Source of the DNA: Octopus sinensis
Lineage: Eukaryota
Direction: 5' to 3'
DNA length: 64,000 nucleotides
Assembly: GCF_006345805.1 (NCBI RefSeq)
Contig: NC_043025.1
Coordinates: forward strand, 15,996,001-16,060,000
Below are positions 47,759 through 61,939 of this stretch, one piece after another; position 1 is the stretch's first letter; each line of letters starts with the position of its first letter. The notes beneath the pieces are model-generated. The model ran no database searches. It saw nothing but the letters and a program-made list of their open reading frames with translations, and had not been told where the DNA came from. The position numbers and the translations under genes are program-made.

Positions 47759-49321
47759 TAGGGTCATCCCATAAATAATGCAGTTTTTTTTCAATTACAC
47801 CAATGGAAAGTCAGAGGGGGATGGGATAAACTGCCTGCATCAATTTACTATAAAAGCAGGTAGTCACTTTACCTTTTCCTTATTCTTAGTGCAAGTTTTG
47901 AAGAGTGCAGTTTGATTTTAACAGTTAAATCACCATTCAAGTATGGCTGATGCCCGTGCCACCTGAGTGGCACGTCAAAAGCTTCATTCAAGTGTGGTTG
48001 ATGCCAGTGCCGCCTGACTGGCTCTCATGCCGGTGGTATGTAAAAAGCAGCTACTATATTCTTGGAGTGGTTGGCATTAGGAAGGGCATCCAGCTGTAGA
48101 AACCTTCCCAAATCAGATTGGAGCCTGGTGCAGCCTCTGGGCTTGCCAGACCTCAATCAAAGTGTCCAACCTATGCCAGTATTGGAAGGTGGATGTTAAA
48201 CGACAGTGATGATGATGATGATTTTTTCAAAGCTGTGATAGAAGTGACAAAGGACCATATTTGGCATATTTTGCTTTTATGAGTTCAATAAAGGCAACAA
48301 CGCAATGGAAAGTGTGAGGAATATTAATGCAGTATATGAGGATCAGACAATAAGCGTAATCCAGTGTCAAGGGTGGTTCCAGAAATTCCAAGCCGGAAAC
48401 TACAGCCTAGAAGACAAGCCTCATCCTTGAAGATCTGTAGAGCTGGACAAGGACGTCCTGCAAACCCTGGTGGAACAAAATCCCATTGTAACTGTTGAAG
48501 AACTAGCAGAGAAGCTTGGATATGGTCATTTAACCATTTGACATCTGGAAAGTCAGCAAATTGGGTCAATGGGTTCCTCACAAACCTTCCAAGTCTAATC
48601 GCATGCAGAGAGTGAATGTGTGATCTTCTTTGCTGTCACATCTCATGAATGAACCTTTTTTTGGACCGAATGCTAACTGGTGATGAGAAGTGAGTTCTCT
48701 ATAAAAATGTCAAGTTCTGAAGACAGTGGTTAGGGAAAGGAGAAACACTGGCACCGCAGGCTAAAGAAAGTCTTCACCCATGTAAGGTGTTGTTATTTGT
48801 TTGGTGAGATATGAAAGTTTTAGTTCACTTTGAACTTTTAAACCCAAACCAAATGATAGCAAAGGAGATCTGCTTTGAGCAGCTTGAGGGGCTTAAATCA
48901 GCGCTAGAAGGAAAAGGATTATCTTTGGCTTCAAGACAAAAGGTGTTCTTCCATCAGAATAATGCTTGCCCACATACAGCGAGGATAACATCCCAAAGGC
49001 TGGAGCAGTTGGAATGGGAAACGATGCCCCACCCACCATATTCACCAGACATTGCCCTGTCTGATTATCATTCATTCAGAAGTCTTCAAAATCATTTAAA
49101 TGGAAAAAATATGAATTCTGTTGAGACGGTCAGAACAGTACTGGAGGAGTATTTTTCATCAAGGACAAGTGAATCTTGGAAGAGGGGCCTTGCAAGTCTA
49201 CGAGATAGATGGAAGAGCATTGTAGAAAATGAAGGAGAATATATTTTAGACAAGAAAAGAACTTTATTTTAATTTTGAAAAATAAGTCTAAAAAAGTCGC
49301 ATTATTTATGGGATGACCCAA
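47759..49321 (+). mobile_element. Mariner transposon, both TIRs, pseudogenised transposase, SINE insert
   Basis: Perfect 21-bp TIRs GGGTCATCCCATAAATAATGC (47761-47781 and 49299-49319). GDEK, HQNNACPH and HPPYSPDIALSDYH motifs occur with stops and frameshifts. Confidence 0.92.
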
Positions 49322-49743
49322 TACATGTATCTATATATATATATATTTACATATATATATACAGAACACACACTGACATACATACATGTAGACATATTCA
49401 CAAACACACTGATACTGACACATGTATATACACACACACAAAGTGATGTGATATATATCTGATGGGCTTCTTTCAGTTTCCAATTTACTCACAAAGCATT
49501 AGTCAGTCTGGGACTATAGTTGAATGCACTTGCCCAAGGTGCCATGCAGTGGGACTGAACCAGGAACCATTTTGGCTGAGAAGCATACATATACTCACAC
49601 ACACATCTGCATATAAGGTTCATTAGAAACCTCAATTACTATCTCTCCCATTCAAAATAAAACACACACACATTTGTAGCTCACCTATTTGAGCACTCAG
49701 GAAGCATACCTATTAGTTCCTCTTATCCTGACAAAAACTCCTC

Positions 49744-49775
<32 letters not shown>

Positions 49776-49892
49776 TTTAAGTTGTGAGGATTTAATTTCC
49801 TCGTTAGGGATTATTTATAACAATCTCGATTCCAACTTGTGTCAAATATATTGAAAGAAAGTTCCCCAATATATATGTCCAATAATGTGTAA

Positions 49893-50280
49893 AGTTAATG
49901 AAAGAAAATGGAGAAGAAAAAATATATTGTACACTTGGTTAAGTTTATTAGTATCACAATGAAAAAGTCATGGGTATAAGATTGAGGATATAAGGGGACC
50001 GGATCTACAAATGAAGTAAGCAAAGAAATCTTGCGTGTGTTTCAGTCCAGCTTTAGGTTTGAATTATCAACTTTCAAGCCATTTTACATTTAAAAAAAGA
50101 CAACCACAATTAGTCGGATATCTTCAGGGATTGACTGTGTCCTTTCACGTGTTGATCAGGTCCCCTTATATCCTGAATCCCCTTATATGTATTACTGTTT
50201 CATTGTTATACTAATCCACTTGTTATACTAACAACTATCCACTTTATATTTTTCCATTTCTCTATTTTCTCTTATTAACT
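49893..50280. repeat. Degenerate inverted repeat / foldback
   Basis: GGATATAAGGGGACC / GGTCCCCTTATATCC inner 15-bp IR, with diverged complementary outer arms. Confidence 0.55.
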
Positions 50281-50285
50281 TATAA

Positions 50286-50316
<31 letters not shown>

Positions 50317-53300
50317 GATTAGAGACAGGTTTCTCCGTATAGAATACACTTCGTAGTACTCAAGAGATTTGAACTTGAGCAGATAGAGGAGTAAATGTAA
50401 GGACAAGCAAGTTGATATTCAAAAAATATTAAATACATTTAATACAAAAAAATGTAGATACGTATACATATAAAATAGTCTGACTTCCACAGAATGGAAA
50501 CGATATCAGGAATGAAAAACCTCTTGTTGAACCCTTTTTATTTAATGATATCATTTCTACTCTGTGTAAGTTGGACTGTTTTATGTAACCATATTCCTTT
50601 GGTCTTTTACTTGTTTCAGTCATTTGACTGTGGCCATGCTACAGCACTGCCTTTAGTCGAACAAATTCACCCCAAGACTTATTCTTTGTAAGCCTAGTAC
50701 TTATTCTATCGGTCTCTCTTGCTGAACCGCTAAGTTACAGGGACATAAACACATCAACATCAGCCATCAAGCAATGATAGGGGAGACAAACACAGGCACA
50801 CAAACATATATACACCTATATATATATATATCTATATCTATATATATATGCTCTGTCTGGCACCTGTGCGGGTGGCATGTAAAAAGCACCCACTACACTC
50901 ACGGAGTGGTTGGCATTAGGAAGGGCATCCAGCCGTAGAAACACTGCCAGATCTGACTAGGCCTGATGAAGCCTTCCGGCTTCACAGACCCCAGTTGAAC
51001 TGTCCAACCCATGCTAGCATGGAAAACGGACGCTCAACGATGATGGTGATGATGATGATATATATATATATATATATATATATCTATAGAAATGCTACCA
51101 GATCAGTTAGGAGCCTGGTGCAGCCATCTGGTTTGCCAGTCCTCAGTCAAATTGTCCAACCCATGCCAGCATGGAAAGTGTTAGTAATCTGTTACAGCAC
51201 TTACCTGGCGTACCTAATCATTTAGATCACCTGTGAAATAAACCCCCATACTTTGTGATGATGATGATGATGATGATACAACGGGCTTCTTTCAGTTTCT
51301 GTCTACCAAATCCACACACAAGGCTTTGGTCGGCCAGAGGACACTTGCCCAAGGTGCCACACAGTTGGACTGAACCCAGAACCATGTGGTTGGGAAGCAA
51401 GCTTCTTACCACACAGCCACACCTGTGCCTATCTACCTGCCTAACTTGCAGGTATGTGTGTGTGTATACATGTATGTGTGTGTATCTGTGTGTTTGTGTG
51501 TGTGTGTGTGTACGCATGTAATTAATGTCAATAATGAGCAACAGCTGGCAGCCTATTTCCCTAATTAGGCCAACACACCAATATTCGTTAAATCATCACA
51601 AATTCACTCTTCCGTGTCCGACCTCTAAACCCCTCCTCCTTCAAAATTATTAAGAAGAGAGCTTTGTGTTGTCTCCTGAATGGAACGTATGTGTGTTTGT
51701 GGGTGGGTGTGCCTGTGTGTATGCGTTTCTTTTTGCATGTATGTGTTTGTTTGTGTCTGTTTGTATCTGGATGTGTTTATGTGTGTTTGTTGGTGTGTAT
51801 TTGTGCATTTTTATATATATGTCTGTATTAGCATGTGTATGAAAAAATATCTGTACAAGATGTATCTATGTGAGTATATATATATATATACACACTTAGC
51901 GGTTCAGCAAAAGAGACCGATAAAATAAGTACTAGGCTTACAAAGAATGAGTCCTGGGGTCGATTTGCTCGACTAAAGGCGGTGCTCCAGCATGGCCACA
52001 GTCAAATGACTGAAACAAGTAAAAGAGCAAAAGAGCAACACACACACACACACACACACGTTTGTATTCAGTGTGTGTGTGTGTGTATTTCTGTGTGTAT
52101 ATGTCTATATTAGGTGAATATATGTGTTTGTGTGTGTCTATTAAATGAATGTTCATATAACATATGTATGTATGTGTGAGTGTGTGTATGTGTGTGTATG
52201 TATGTATGTATGTGTGAGTGTGTGTATGTGTGTGTGTGTGTGTATGTATGTATGCAAATTGAGGGAGTTGAACAGGTAAAATTCAGGTTACATGTTTCTT
52301 AGCCTACTGATCGTCTGGTGTTATAAGGGGTTCTCAATTGGCCAAGAATACTCTAATTACATGTGCAAAACCACTTTTTGGTTTTTATACCTGCCAGGGA
52401 CTGCTTGAAATTTACAAAGGTCCTACACTGAGATCCCTTATACACTCATATACACACACACACACACACACACACGTGTATGTATACATATGTGTTTGTA
52501 TATTTATTAAGTTGTGGGGATCTAAAAGGATACTCCACTTTTATGGAGATGGTCATGGCTGGGTTGTTTTTGAACAGTGTAGGTTCATGTGGGTGTAATG
52601 AATAACAACAACAACTAATAATAATAATAATAATAATACTGTTATCAACTACACCACTACCACCACCATCGCTACTGTTGTTACTACTGTAGCTGCTGCT
52701 ACTACTACTACTACTACTACCCACTCTCACAGCTACTACCCTAACCACCTCTGCATTGCTACCACCACCACCACCACTTACAACATTACCACTACCTCAA
52801 TCGCCATCACCCTCCCACCACCCCCACCCCCATCGCCCCAACCACCACCACCACCATCAGCAACTCTACACCCCCCTCGATTCCCATCGAATATCATTAC
52901 TGAATTAAATATGAACTAATCTACATTTATACTGAGAACAGCTGTCACCACACCCACATACCAACTGACACATGTGTGTGTGTGTGTGTGTGTGGTGTGT
53001 GTGTGTGTTTAGTGGAGGCCCGAGGCTCATGAGTGTAAGATTGTGGTTTCAATTCCTGGAGCAGGCAATGCATTGTCTTCTTGAATGAAGCCCTTCATTT
53101 CACAGCTCCCCAATCCGCTCAGCTGCCAAAATTGGGGAGTAATTCAGTGACAGACTGGCGTCCCATCCAGAAGGGCCATGTATGGGAAAACAGGCCCTGT
53201 GAGCCCCTAAGCTTGGCAAGGACCTGTCACCCTTTTTTCTTTTGTGTGTCTGCAATGTATGCTGAGGGTTTTTTTTCTCTCTCGGGAGCTGCATTAGTCA

Positions 53301-53924
53301 AGCCCCTGCACTCACAGGATCCAGGGAGAAATCAAGCAGACCCCACGTAGTCTGTGCCCCATTTGTTGGTCAGCTGGTGGTGGGGGCCCAGGAAGGGTTA
53401 AATGACATGAGGTCATGACTCGGCCTTTGATGTCAGGAGACAGGAAAATAAAGTGTTATGTCTGGGAGTCTTCAGGACAGAAGAAGCTGAGGTGATGTGT
53501 ACCGGGGTATGTTCAGGGTCCAGTAAAGGGCTGACAACAAGGAGTAATCAGCAGGAGTGGCTGTGTGGTAAGAAGCTTGCTCCCCAACCACATAGTCCTG
53601 GGTTCAGTCCCAGTGCGTGGTACCTGGGGGTGGGGGTCAAGTGTCTTTTACTATATTCTCAGGCCAACCAAAGCCTTGTAAAAGAAGCCTATTGTACACA
53701 CACACACACCACACACACACACACAGAGGAAAATGTGTTGCTGAAAATGCACTTAAATTTCAAAAACTTGTAAATGTTTAAACTATTTATGTAAATAAAT
53801 GTATTTTAAACATTTACAAGTTTTTGAAATCTAAGTGCATTTCCAGCAACACATTTTCCTATATATTTTTTATTCCTGCGTGGAAACACCACTCCCTCTT
53901 TTGCTATATATATATAAAGCAGCA

Positions 53925-54270
53925 TCCGTTTGTGTCCGTTGCCAGCCTCGCCTGGCCCCCGTGCCGGTAGCACGTAAAAGCACCATCCGTTTGTGTCCGT
54001 TGCCAGCCTCGCCTGGCCCCCGTGCCGGTAGCACGTAAAAGCACCATCCGTTCGTGGCCGTTTGCCAGCTTTGTCTGGCACCTGTGCAGGTAGCATGTAA
54101 AAAGCACCCACTACACTCACGGAGTGGTTGGCGTTAGGAAGGGCATCCAGCCATAGAAACACTGCCAAATCTGACTGGGCCTGATGAAGCCTCCCGGCTT
54201 CACAGACCCCAGTTAAACCGTCCAACCCATGCTAGCATGGAAAACGGACACTAAATGATGATGATGATGT
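53925..54270 (+). mobile_element. Family C element with ~3 tandem modules
   Basis: catccgtttgtgtccgttgccagcctcgcctggcccccgtgccggtagcacgtaaaagcac is repeated, then the 3' half. Confidence 0.85.
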
Positions 54271-54710
54271 TTTAACATGTATAAGGAACCCCAAAATTTT
54301 GGTGTTTAAAGTTTGGGAAAAAGGTTTTGTAAGGGATTAGGTAAATTTTGGAAATGCTTGTATGTATGTGTGTATGTGTTATGAAAATAAACAAAAGACG
54401 AAGGCAGGTGGAGTACAAACAAACAAATGTATTAGTATGGCGCTCAGGAATAGAAATAGAACAAGTCTTTTACGTTTCAAGCCAACGCTCTTTGACAGAA
54501 AGATACACAGAAAAGAAACAAGGAGAGAAAAAATGCGTGTAGGAGCTAACGATCTATCATGGCGTATTTCTGTATCATATATATTATATTAAATTAGAGA
54601 TAAAACCACTATTAGGCAAATCAAACAGTTAAAAGCATAAGCCAATACGTAAAATTAATTTAAAAATATAAAAGATAAAATTAAAAATTAATGATATATA
54701 TATATATATA

Positions 54711-55259
54711 GGCGCAGGAGTGGCTGTGTGGTAAGTAGCTTGCTAACCAGCAACATGGTTCCGGGTTCAGTCTCACTGCGTGGCATCTTGGGCAAGTGTC
54801 TTCTGCTATAGCCCCGGGCCGACCAATGCCTTGTGAGTGGATTTGGTAGACGGAAACTGAAAGAAGCCTGTCGTATATATGTATATGTATATATATGTAT
54901 GTGTGTTAGGAAGGGCATCCAGCCGTAGAAACACTGCCAAATCTGACTGGGCCTGATGAAGCCTTCCGGCTTCACAGACCCCAGTTAAACCGTCCAACCC
55001 ATGCTAGCATGGAAAACGGACGCTAAATGATGATGATGATGTATGTTTGTGTGTCTGTGTTTGTCCCCCCATCATCGCTTGACAACTGATGCTGGTGTGT
55101 TTGTGTCCCCGTCACTTAGCGGTTCGGCAAAAGAGACCAATAGAATAAGTACTGGGCTTACAAAGAATAAGTCCCGGGGTCGATTTGCTCGACTAAAGGC
55201 AGTGCTCCAGCATGGCCGCAGTCAAATGACTGAAACAAGTAAAAGAGTAAAAAGAGAGT
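54711..55259 (+). mobile_element. SINE family A with nested family C 3' fragment (54905-55040)
   Basis: Family A halves flank a ttaggaagggcatcc...(GAT)n segment inside the central (TG) tract. Confidence 0.85.
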
Positions 55260-55529
55260 ATATATATATGATAGAGAAATAATTTATTCTCAAGTGCGTG
55301 ATAATGCTAATAAAATAGCCTGAACAGGATAAACTATCCATATGTTGCAGAAAAATCATTACTGGCCAGGCTGCGTCAAGTAAATATTCAAACGAATATT
55401 CATATAGATATTATTATTATCATTAGCAGTAAATATATAAATAATAATAATAATAATAATAACAATGATAGTGGTTGGCAAGCAATAATGCTGTTAATTG
55501 GCTAATCATTAAAATTTTATAATTAATAA

Positions 55530-55700
55530 ATAATTATAACAGAGGGTAAATGAAGTACCAGCTTGCTAGAAATAAGAGCTAAAATACTCAAGACATCAAA
55601 ATCAATGTTGGCCTGTTATGATTTTTCAGTGAGTTTGGTTGGTGGCTTGTTTAACTATTTTAGCTCTTATTTCTAGCAAGCTGCTACTTCATGTCCCCTT
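55530..55700. repeat. Inverted repeat, ~36-bp arms
   Basis: tgaagtaccagcttgctagaaataagagctaaaata / tattttagctcttatttctagcaagctgctacttca. Confidence 0.85.
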
Positions 55701-55998
55701 TTTTATAATTATTTATCTCTTATAAAATTTTATTGTTTTATTTTTACTGCCCTGTTTCTGTTACCCCTTTTAACCCTCTGCAAATCCCAAATTTTATTTA
55801 ATTTGCTTTTTTCGGGAACGACTGTTTTGATGAAAACACACCTTGTCCCAAAGATTCAAAATGCTGAGTAGATAAAATAGGGGACAACTGATGAAGGGGT
55901 TGTTCTTTATGCCTTGTTTCTCCTTTTTGTTTCTTTTGTTGTTCGAAAAATGTTTGTTTTCCATGTTTTTGTTGTTGATGTGTTTTGATGTCTTCTAC

Positions 55999-56240
55999 CC
56001 ATACATGTATGTATATATGCATGTATATGTAGGTATGTACATGTATGTATATATACATATATATGTAGGTATGTACATGTATGTATATATACATATATAT
56101 GTAGGTATGTACATGTATGTATATATACATATATATGTAGGTATGTACATGTATGTATATATACATATATATGTAGGTATGTACATGTATGTATATATAC
56201 ATATATATGTAGGTATGTACATGTATGTATATATGCATGT
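55999..56240. repeat. 36-bp minisatellite, ~6.5 copies
   Basis: (atgtatgtatatatacatatatatgtaggtatgtac)n. Confidence 0.9.
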
Positions 56241-56416
56241 ATATATATATATATATGGCATGACTGTGTGGTAAGGAGTTTGCTTCCCAATCACATGATT
56301 CTGGGTTCAATTCCACTGCATAGCACCTTGGGGGCTAGTTAGTGTCTTTTACTATAGCCTCGGGTTGACCAAAGCCTTGTGAGTGGATTTGGTAGACGGA
56401 AACTGAAAGAAGCCCA

Positions 56417-56462
<46 letters not shown>

Positions 56463-56467
<5 letters not shown>

Positions 56468-56925
56468 AACAATGAGGGTCTTTGCAACAAGTTGCTTGAC
56501 CACATACCGAAAATTTTAGAAATAGCAGCCAGAGGACTGCTATTTCTTTTTATTACAAAAATATGTCTCCACAGAGAACAATATTTGCAACTCATTATAT
56601 GGCAAAAAAAGAAGAAAAATAACGAAAATAAACAGTCCACGGTCAATTATGGACACACGTTTCTGGATTAGAATCATAAGATTCATTTCCTTTATCAACA
56701 TAATATTCCGATAAATCTAGAAATGCTAGGAAAACTTACCTCTTATTTTTCTGATCAAGCGAAAATTTTCAGTATGTGGTCAAGGAACTTGTTGCAAAGA
56801 CCCTTATTGTTATAATTAGATATAATTTTACTGAATATGGTCCTTTTCCATACTGAAATACTACTTGGTGAAATTTGTTGATTTTATTAAATTAATTATA
56901 TTTCACCCTTTATCTGTAATGAATA
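56463..56925. repeat. Foldback-plus-tail element related to 46589-46995
   Basis: ~55-bp arms (gagggtctttgcaacaagttgcttgaccacatac / gtatgtggtcaaggaacttgttgcaaagaccct) plus the shared tail, embedded in (TA)n. Confidence 0.75.
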
Positions 56926-56934
56926 TATGTACAC

Positions 56935-56990
<56 letters not shown>

Positions 56991-56992
<2 letters not shown>

Positions 56993-57161
56993 CGCAGGAG
57001 TGGCTGTGTGGTAAGTAGCTTGCTAACCAACCACATGGTTCCGGGTTCAGTCCCACTGCGTGGCATCTTGGGCAAGTGTCTTCTGCTATAGCCCCGGGCC
57101 GACCAATGCCTTGTGAGTGGATTTGGTAGACAGAAACTGAAAGAAGCCTGTCGTATATATG

Positions 57162-57192
<31 letters not shown>

Positions 57193-57385
57193 CTGTATTT
57201 GTCCCCCTAGCATTGCCTGACAACCAATGCTGGTGAGTTTATGTCCCCATCACTTAGCGGTTCGGCAAAAGAGACCGATAGAATAAGTACTGGGCTTACA
57301 AGGAATAAGTTCCAGGGTCGATTTGCTCGACTAAAAGGTGGTGCTCCAGCATGGCCACAGTCAAATGACTGAAACAAGTAAAAGA

Positions 57386-57387
<2 letters not shown>
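56991..57387 (+). mobile_element. SINE family A, full length
   Basis: Nearly identical to the halves at 54711-55259. Confidence 0.87.
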
Positions 57388-57432
<45 letters not shown>

Positions 57433-57903
57433 AATATGTGTCTGATTCTCCCCCCCTCCGTCACTGCTTGACAACTGGTGCTTGGTGTGTTTATGTCCCT
57501 GTAACCTAGTGGTCCAGCAAAAGAGACTGATAGAGTAAGTGCTAGGCTTACATGGAATAAGTCCTGGGTCATATTGTTCAACTAAACCCCTTCAAGGTGG
57601 TGCTCCAGCATGGCTGCAATATACATACAGATACATTCTGCTGGATACCATCACACTTCACATTACATACAACAAGAGACAAATGCAATTATAAAAAAAA
57701 TAACCATTTACAACCACATCAACAACAATAACAACAACAACAGCAATATGCCTAATAAGCATAAATTGATAATTAACCATGTATGTATTAATTATTTTTA
57801 AATCATTTAATTGTAACCAATTATTGCCTGCTTTCCGTATTTGAACTTTAGGAGCTCATTTCAGTTAGAAATCAGATCTGCGTTCAGGTAACAGTATCGA
57901 CAC

Positions 57904-57968
<65 letters not shown>

Positions 57969-58538
57969 GCTTGGCATGTTTCAAGTTTTTCTTGTTGGTG
58001 ATTGTGTTTGTCTTCCAAGAAAAAGAAAGGAAAACAAAGAAACCCACCTTGTTTGTTTATTGAGTATTAACACTGTCTCCATCATCATTTAACATCCAGT
58101 CCCCAGGGTGGCTTAGGTTGAATAGTTTTGCAGGGTCTGGTCAGCAGGGGAGCTGTCCACACTCCAGATTGTCTGCTGTGGCATGGTTTCTATGCTCTTC
58201 CTAATGCCAACCACTTTACAGAGTGGCACTGGGTGCTTCTTACATGCCACTGGCACGGGTATGTAAATGCAACACTGTGGCACCAACCCCTTTATGTGGA
58301 ATTGACCCCTGCAATGGACAAGCCTGTATGCCTGGACAGCAGTGTCTTCTCAAGTGCAGCAAATCACCACAGCCCCACCCAGTCCCTTGTCGTTTCCTCA
58401 GTGAGGCCCAGCGTCTGAAGATCCTTTCTCACCACTTCATCCCATGTCTTCCTCGGTCGACCCCCATCACTGTCGTCATCCTTGTTGTCGTCATCATCAT
58501 CATCATCAACACCATTATGAGCACAAGCAACATTGGTG

Positions 58539-58569
<31 letters not shown>

Positions 58570-58819
58570 TGCCAACTACCACCACCACCGCCATCATCGT
58601 TTAGCATCTGTTTTCCATGCTGGCATGGGTTGGACGGTTTGATATGGAGCTGGCCAAACTCCCAACTGTCTGTTCTGGCATGCTTTCTATGGCTGGATGC
58701 CCTTCCTAATGCCAACCCCTTAACAGAATTTGCTGGCTGCTTTCTATATGCCACTGGCACAGCACCATCGCCTGGAAGGACAAGCCTGTAAGTGTGCAAG
58801 ACAGTGTATTATAATCATC

Positions 58820-59515
58820 ATCATCATCATCATTGCTGTTATTGTTTGGCAGAATTGTTGGAGCATCAGACAAAATGCTTTTTTGGCATTTTTTTTCCCT
58901 GAGTTCAAATCCTGCCTTTCATCAACTTCACCTTTCATCCTTTCGAAGTTGATGAAATAAGTAGCCCTCAGTTACTGGGGTTGATGTAACCAACTGGTTC
59001 CCTCTCCTTAAAACTGATGGCCTCCTACCATAAATAAGAAAAAAATTATTATTATTATTATTAATTAAGGCAGTGATCTGGCAGAATCGTTAGCAAATTG
59101 GGTGAAACGTTTAGCTGTATTTTGTCTGTCTTTAGGTTCTGAGTTCAAATTCCGCCAAGGTTGACTTTGCCTCTCATTCTTTTGGGGAAGGTGAATAAAT
59201 TAAATACCAGTAAAACAATGGGGTCGATGTAATTGACTAGTCCCCTACCGCATGATTTCAGACTTTTTACTTTTAGTGGAAAGGGTTATTATTATTATTA
59301 ATTAAGGCAGTGAGCTGGCAGAATTGTTAGCACACTGGGCAAAATGCTTAGCGGCATTTTGTCTGTCTTAAGGTTCTGAGTTCAAATTCTGCCAGGGTCA
59401 TCTTTGCCTTTTGTCCTCTTGGGGTTGATAAAATAAGTACCAGTGCACTGGGGTCGATGTAATCGCCTTATCCCCCCCCCCAATTTCAGACCTAGTAGAA
59501 AGGATTATTATTATT
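58820..59515 (+). repeat. Three head-to-tail SINE family B copies (~235-bp period)
   Basis: Copies start at ~58845, ~59065 and ~59305. The second and third follow (ATT)n tracts and the first a (CAT)n tract. Confidence 0.75.
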
Positions 59516-60744
59516 ATTATTAAAGCATATAACATAATAATTTAGTTAAACAAAACAGATATTGAACCACATAGACAAAGATATGCAAAGAAACCGGGTG
59601 GTCACAGTTGGAAGGGCTTTGACCAGAGAGCTCAGCAACAGTATACCACATCGTACCACCACTGCCACTGCCACCACCACCATCAACATCACCACTGCCA
59701 TGGGCTCCACCACCACCACCACCACCACCACTGTCGTCATCACCTCTACCCCAATCCCTCCTCCCTCTCCTGTCCCTTTGTATTTGGTCCTTCATGTTGC
59801 ATTCTCCCTGCATGCTGCATGTTCAGTCTTTGCATGTGCGTACGCATGTGTATGTGTGTGTGTGTATGAGAGAAAGAGAGAGAGAAGGAGATGATGTTAT
59901 GGTCTTCTATTTCCCCTAACCATTATAGTTGATGCCATGCTGGAGCATCATCCATTTCTGCATGTTCAAAGTATGTTTTGGTTTTCCTATTCCATTCATT
60001 ACACAACTCACTCTTTAATTTACCTAACCCAATTAATGCTATTGGCCTATTTGATTATGACAATTAAGTTTTTCCATACCTGTAAGATCTTTGTCACCTG
60101 ATTAATTATTCACTCTTTATTAGACTACGCTGTGTTGATGATGTCAAAACAGACTGAAACATCTCTGTAGTTGTTCCCCTTGATTACAAAGAAATGAAGA
60201 TCTAATCATTGTTATCATGTAAAACTGTTGTGAGTCCAAATTTGGCAAAATGCGGTTTTTTTTTCAATATTTACTTTTGCTTGCAATAGCCAGTTCTTTT
60301 ATTCAAACTGTCGTATCTCCAGCTGCTTTTGATGCCAAAATATCAGAAATTGCCAAAGTGTAGTACAACGGTTTTGCTATGGAATGGTGAAATTATTTTT
60401 TTTGTTTTCTGGACTTACGACACTTTTGCATAATAACAATGCAACGTTTTCTTTGCCCTAAATATATAAAGTTTTAGAAATTAATTTTTATATTTGCAAT
60501 TATCTCCCCTTTCCTTTCAGAGTTGCTGACAGTCAACACCAGGTTTATATTTTTTGTTGTGTGTGTGTGCATGTGTATGTGTTTATGTATGTGTATATAT
60601 GTGTGCATGTAATTGTGCAGGTATGTTTGTCTGTTTATGAATGTGTGTACATCTGTGTGCATGTATGTATATATGTATGTAGTGTGTGTATATATATGTG
60701 TATTTGTATATATATATATATGTGTGTGTGTGTGTCTCTATGTG

Positions 60745-61083
60745 AAGGGGCGTGGCTCACTGGTTAGAGCATCGAGCTTACGATCGTGAGGTTGTGAGCT
60801 TGAATCCCGGACCGGGCTGCGTGTTGTGTTCTTGAGCAAGACACTTTATTTCACGTTGCTCCAGTTCACTCAGCTGTAAAAATGAGTTGCGACGTCACAG
60901 GTGCCAAGCTGTATCGGCCCCTTTGCCTTTCCCTTGGACAACATCGGTGACGTGCAGAGGGGAGGCCGGTATGCATGGGCGACTGCTGGTCTTCCATGAA
61001 ACAACCTTGCTCAGACTTGTGCCTCAGAGGGTAACTCTCTAGGTGCAAACCCATTGTCAGTGTCTGACCGAAGGGGGTCACCA
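60745..61083 (+). mobile_element. tRNA-derived SINE (family D)
   Basis: tRNA-like head ggcgtggctcactggttagagc..gcttgaatcccgg. Reverse-complement relative of 2470-2808. Confidence 0.8.
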
Positions 61084-61321
61084 CTCACCATTTCTCTATT
61101 TATGTGTTTAATTTATGTATGTCCTGGCAGGACTCATGAATATTTCGCAGAATGGAACCTATTGGGTTCCATTTGAAAACTATCCAAACAACCCAAAGCA
61201 CGGCCTGTGTTGCTCTTCTGCTAATCACTAAAAAGGGGAGCAAATTGGAATACGCTAATTACTTAATGCCCTTTATATATTTTATACACAATTTCAAGGA
61301 CTTCATACACAGCACTCTCCT

Positions 61322-61408
61322 TCACTCTTTGCCTTACTCTATTTTTCTCCTTTTCCCTTCACTCTTTGCCTTACTCTATTTTTCTCCTTTTCCCTTCACT
61401 CTTCGCCT
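61322..61408. repeat. 37-bp tandem duplication (x2.3)
   Basis: ttcactctttgccttactctatttttctccttttccc is repeated. Confidence 0.85.
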
Positions 61409-61902
61409 TTCCCTTTACTGACAGGCTAAATATCGGAGAAAGAAATTTAGTTAAAAAAAAAAAGAATTACACATTTCACTCACCACTATCACCCCCTCCT
61501 CCTCAAATCCGTCTCCTCCTCCTCATCTCCCCCTCCTTCTCATCTCCCTCCCCTCCTCATCTTCCCCCTCTTCCTCATCTCCCCTTCTCCTCATCTCCTC
61601 CTTCCCCACTTTAGCTAATCACATGAAAGTGTTACAGATGGGCTAAGTAACAGAGTAACAAGCAGAATTATTATAAGATGTGTGTATATGTATGTGTATA
61701 CATACGTATATTTGTTTGTTTATTTGTATCTGCTTCCATCCAGTTGTACTTTTATATCTGAACTTGTTTTTATGTTCGCCTGTGAATACACACACACACA
61801 CACTGGCTGTGTGATCAGGTGGATTACTTCACAACTAAGTGATTGCAGGTACAAGCCAGTCAAAACTTGTGAGTAGATTTGCTAAACAGAAGCCTGTGGT
61901 AT

Positions 61903-61939
<37 letters not shown>

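Noticed and set aside
54905-55040. Local copying of the family C fragment from 54133-54270 (3 differences in ~137 bp)
   Set aside because: Equally similar copies occur at ~24170 and ~50905, so an independent young insertion explains it.
55798-56316. ORFs made of (TA)n, (CA)n, (CAT)n or minisatellite runs here and throughout the window
   Set aside because: They are low-complexity translations of simple repeats, with no splice or homology support.
60745-60820. tRNA gene (also the heads of families A and D elsewhere)
   Set aside because: The tRNA-like head is fused to a repeated SINE body and the cloverleaf is incomplete.
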